Shown: piece by piece, positions 61,460-64,000 of the stretch
Layout of the letters: the number at the start of each line of letters is the position of its first letter
Position numbering within the stretch: position 1 is the first letter of the stretch
NCBI GenBank assembly: GCA_030141605.1
Contig: JAQGDQ010000713.1
Location: forward strand, 44,651 to 108,650
Length of the DNA: 64,000 bases
Direction: 5' to 3'
From: Tubiluchus corallicola
Taxonomy: Eukaryota > Animalia > Priapulida
The notes under the pieces: model-generated
Database searches by the model: none
What the model saw: only the letters and a program-made list of their open reading frames with translations
What the model was told of the DNA's origin: nothing
Translations under genes and position numbers: made by a program

Positions 61460-64000
61460 TTATAGGCGTGAAAGTGCATCCGCCACAACATTCATTCGTC
61501 CCGGAATATTCTCCACCGTGTAAGAGTATTCCTGAAGAATGAGCGACCAGTGACACAACCGGCGGTTATTACGCTTAATACGTGGAAGGGCCAACAAGCT
61601 GCGCTGGTCAGTTCGGATAGTAAAATGCCGCCCTTCCAGAAAGTATCTCAACTTCTCCACACAGTATACAACTGCTAAACACTCCACTTCTACCACACTG
61701 TAATTACGCTCAGTAACAGTTAATTTTCTGCTGAGGTATGTTATAGGTACTTCGCCATGTTCACTTTGTTCTTGGGATAGTACCCCACCTACACCACTCA
61801 AAGATGCATCAGTAGTCAGTATAAAAGGCTTCATGAAATCTGGAGAGTGTAACACAGTGTCGGAGCCAAGGCAGTCTTGCAATTCCGCAAAACTCCGCTC
61901 GCAGGCTTCTGTCCACTCAACTTTGGTTGGAGCGCTTTTCTCAAGTAGCTCAAAAAGAGCAGCAGCTTTGGTACTGAACATAGGAATGAACCTACGGTAG
62001 AAGCCAACAAGACCCAAGTAGGCCCGCACTTGTTTCTTGTTTTGTGGACGTGGGAAGTTGTGTATGCGTAGAATCTTGTTGGGTTGTGGCCTCAAACGAT
62101 TTTTGCCAATAACATAGCCAAGGAATTCAGTTTCTTGCATTGCAAAGCTGCATTTCTTTGGCTTTAGAGTCAGGCCAGCTTGCATGATGCAAAACAGTGT
62201 CAGACGCAGATGATTTAGATGTTCAGGCCATGACGTGGACTTAATTACAATGTCATCAATGTATCCTCTGGCAAAACGGGCCACAGTTTCAAGGACACGA
62301 TCTACTAGGCTTTGGCAGGTAGATGCCGAATTCATCAGTCCAAACGGCATTACCATAAATTCAAATTTGCCGAAGTCAGTGGCAAATGCAGAGATTGGCT
62401 GAGATTCAGGTGTGAGCATTATTTGCCAATAAGCTTTGGACAGGTCCAGTGATGTGATCCAGAGTGCACTGTGCATCTCATCAACAATGTCGTCGACTCT
62501 TGGCATCGGATATGGAAGAAAAGCTGTCTGAAGATTTAACTTGCGATAATCGACGCAAAATCTGACGCTGCCATCTCGTTTAGGGACTAAGACTGTTGGC
62601 GCTGACCAAACTGACTCAGAGCGCCTGATTACCCCTAACTTTTGCATGTCTTGAACTTTTTTTCTTACCAGCTCCTTGCGTGCTTGTGGGAGTCTGTAGG
62701 GCCGCTGTTGGACTGGTGTCTGGTCAGTAAGAGAGATGTGATGTTCTACCACAGATGTGCATCCCGGTAAATCAGTGAACATCTCCTTGAATTCTTGAAG
62801 TACCGACATCAGCTGCTCGGATTGGTCTTTGGTCAGGAAAGAGGGTAATGCAACATCTTCTAGGGACTGAGTTGCCTCAGCCAATGGCGGGAAGGCATAT
62901 TCAGGAAACCTGACTTCTTTGTCTAGCTCATCTTGGCCCACTTGCTCTTCAGCTAACTCAGGCACCATAATTAGATCATTTTCTTCACATTTGGAGAACA
63001 AAATAAGATTGTCATCCCTTTCTACAAATGGTTTGAGCATATTGATGTGATAGGTGCGAACATTGCGTCTATTGCTTTTGTTTCCAATATTCACCTTATA
63101 TGTCAAGTCAGACACCTTGTCTACAACCTCGAATGGTCCTTTGAAGTACTTCTGCATCTTTCCATGCCCTTCATGCATCAACACGAGCACTCTCTGTCCA
63201 ATTTCCAACGACCTATCTGACGACATACGATCGTACCATCGTTTTTGGGCAATCTTTGCTTGACGGAGGAACTGGTGTGCATCTTCAGTAGCACTTTCTA
63301 CTGTGTTGATGATTCTCGTAACATAGTCATCAATATTTTCTAATTTAGGAGGGTCTTGGCAGCCCCATTGTTCTTTCAAAGCAGCCAGGGGGCCCCGCAC
63401 AGGGAAGCCATACACTAATTCAAATGGAGAGTACCCAGTGGACTCCTGTGGTACTTCCCTGAAGGCAAACAAACAAAAAGGGAGAAGTTCATCCCATGGC
63501 AGACTATGTTCATCTTGCAGAAGTTTTAGGATGGACGATTTAATGGAAGCATTGTATCGTTCTGTGAGACCATTAGCTTGGGGGTTGTATGGGGACGTGT
63601 AAATACCTTTTACTCCAAGGGCTTTTTCAAGATCACGTATGAGCTTGGACGTGAACTGGGTCCCCCGATCTGAGATGATTTCCCTAGGTATCCCGTGTCT
63701 GCACATGTATTGTAAAAGTGCTTTCACAATTGTTTCTGTTTCTATGTTTGGTAATGGTATGCAGTCAGGATAACGTGTTGCATGATCAATGATTGTTAAA
63801 GCATATTTGTTTCCTGAGGGTGTGCGTTGTGTACCTAGTGGGCCTATTATATCAATTGCAATTGTGCGAAATGCTGTTGATGGTATTGCCAAAGGTTTGA
63901 GTTTTGCTTTATCAGTGCGTCGCACACGAGCAGTCTTTTGGCAGGTGGCACATGAACGGCAGTACTGTATCACAGAGCGTTTGATGCGTGGCCAAGTATA
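61460..64000 (-). CDS. Gypsy-type Pol: integrase (zinc finger, DDE, GPF) - RT - RNase H; 5' part outside the window
   Basis: CRSCATCQ, IAIDIIGPL, SDRGTQF, PQANGLTER, KGPFEV, then RFCVDYRKLN, LDLSKAYWQI, MPFGL, YIDD, TDAS, NVVADALSR. Confidence 0.93.
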   Translation of the reverse strand, partial: YTWPRIKRSVIQYCRSCATCQKTARVRRTDKAKLKPLAIPSTAFRTIAIDIIGPLGTQRTPSGNKYALTIIDHATRYPDCIPLPNIETETIVKALLQYMCRHGIPREIISDRGTQFTSKLIRDLEKALGVKGIYTSPYNPQANGLTERYNASIKSSILKLLQDEHSLPWDELLPFCLFAFREVPQESTGYSPFELVYGFPVRGPLAALKEQWGCQDPPKLENIDDYVTRIINTVESATEDAHQFLRQAKIAQKRWYDRMSSDRSLEIGQRVLVLMHEGHGKMQKYFKGPFEVVDKVSDLTYKVNIGNKSNRRNVRTYHINMLKPFVERDDNLILFSKCEENDLIMVPELAEEQVGQDELDKEVRFPEYAFPPLAEATQSLEDVALPSFLTKDQSEQLMSVLQEFKEMFTDLPGCTSVVEHHISLTDQTPVQQRPYRLPQARKELVRKKVQDMQKLGVIRRSESVWSAPTVLVPKRDGSVRFCVDYRKLNLQTAFLPYPMPRVDDIVDEMHSALWITSLDLSKAYWQIMLTPESQPISAFATDFGKFEFMVMPFGLMNSASTCQSLVDRVLETVARFARGYIDDIVIKSTSWPEHLNHLRLTLFCIMQAGLTLKPKKCSFAMQETEFLGYVIGKNRLRPQPNKILRIHNFPRPQNKKQVRAYLGLVGFYRRFIPMFSTKAAALFELLEKSAPTKVEWTEACERSFAELQDCLGSDTVLHSPDFMKPFILTTDASLSGVGGVLSQEQSEHGEVPITYLSRKLTVTERNYSVVEVECLAVVYCVEKLRYFLEGRHFTIRTDQRSLLALPRIKRNNRRLCHWSLILQEYSYTVENIPGRMNVVADALSRL

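Larger units (their letters stand above)
59993..64000 (-). mobile_element. Gmr1-like Ty3/gypsy LTR retrotransposon, 3' half (continues past the window end)
   Basis: Pol with integrase preceding RT-RNase H, followed by a PPT and an LTR. Confidence 0.9.

Overview
AT-rich, intron-containing animal (invertebrate-like) genomic DNA. (1) 1-12.6 kb: five exons of a class IA PI3K p110 catalytic subunit (PIK3CA-like C2 and helical domains). Its introns hold MITEs and minisatellites, three of which overlap the splice sites. (2) 15.8-23.2 kb: a 5S-headed SINE followed directly by a 3'-truncated BEL/Pao LTR retrotransposon. Its Gag ORF carries an N-terminal SAP domain and an in-frame, intronless glycogenin (GT8) catalytic domain with the catalytic residues and the self-glucosylation tyrosine intact; this is the standout observation. 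(3) 31.6-56.9 kb: a 24-exon type I receptor gene (signal peptide, 5 WSC, EGF-like, 4 FN3, 2 EGF, TM, ITAM-like tyrosine motifs, one D2-type pseudophosphatase PTP domain) with one frameshifted exon. It lies in an apparent ~31 kb tandem duplication, with an orphan paralogous last exon at 25.4 kb. (4) 60-64 kb: a Gmr1-like Ty3/gypsy element (integrase before RT-RNase H) on the minus strand with its 3' LTR. All protein and repeat-family assignments are by eye from remembered motifs; no searches were run.
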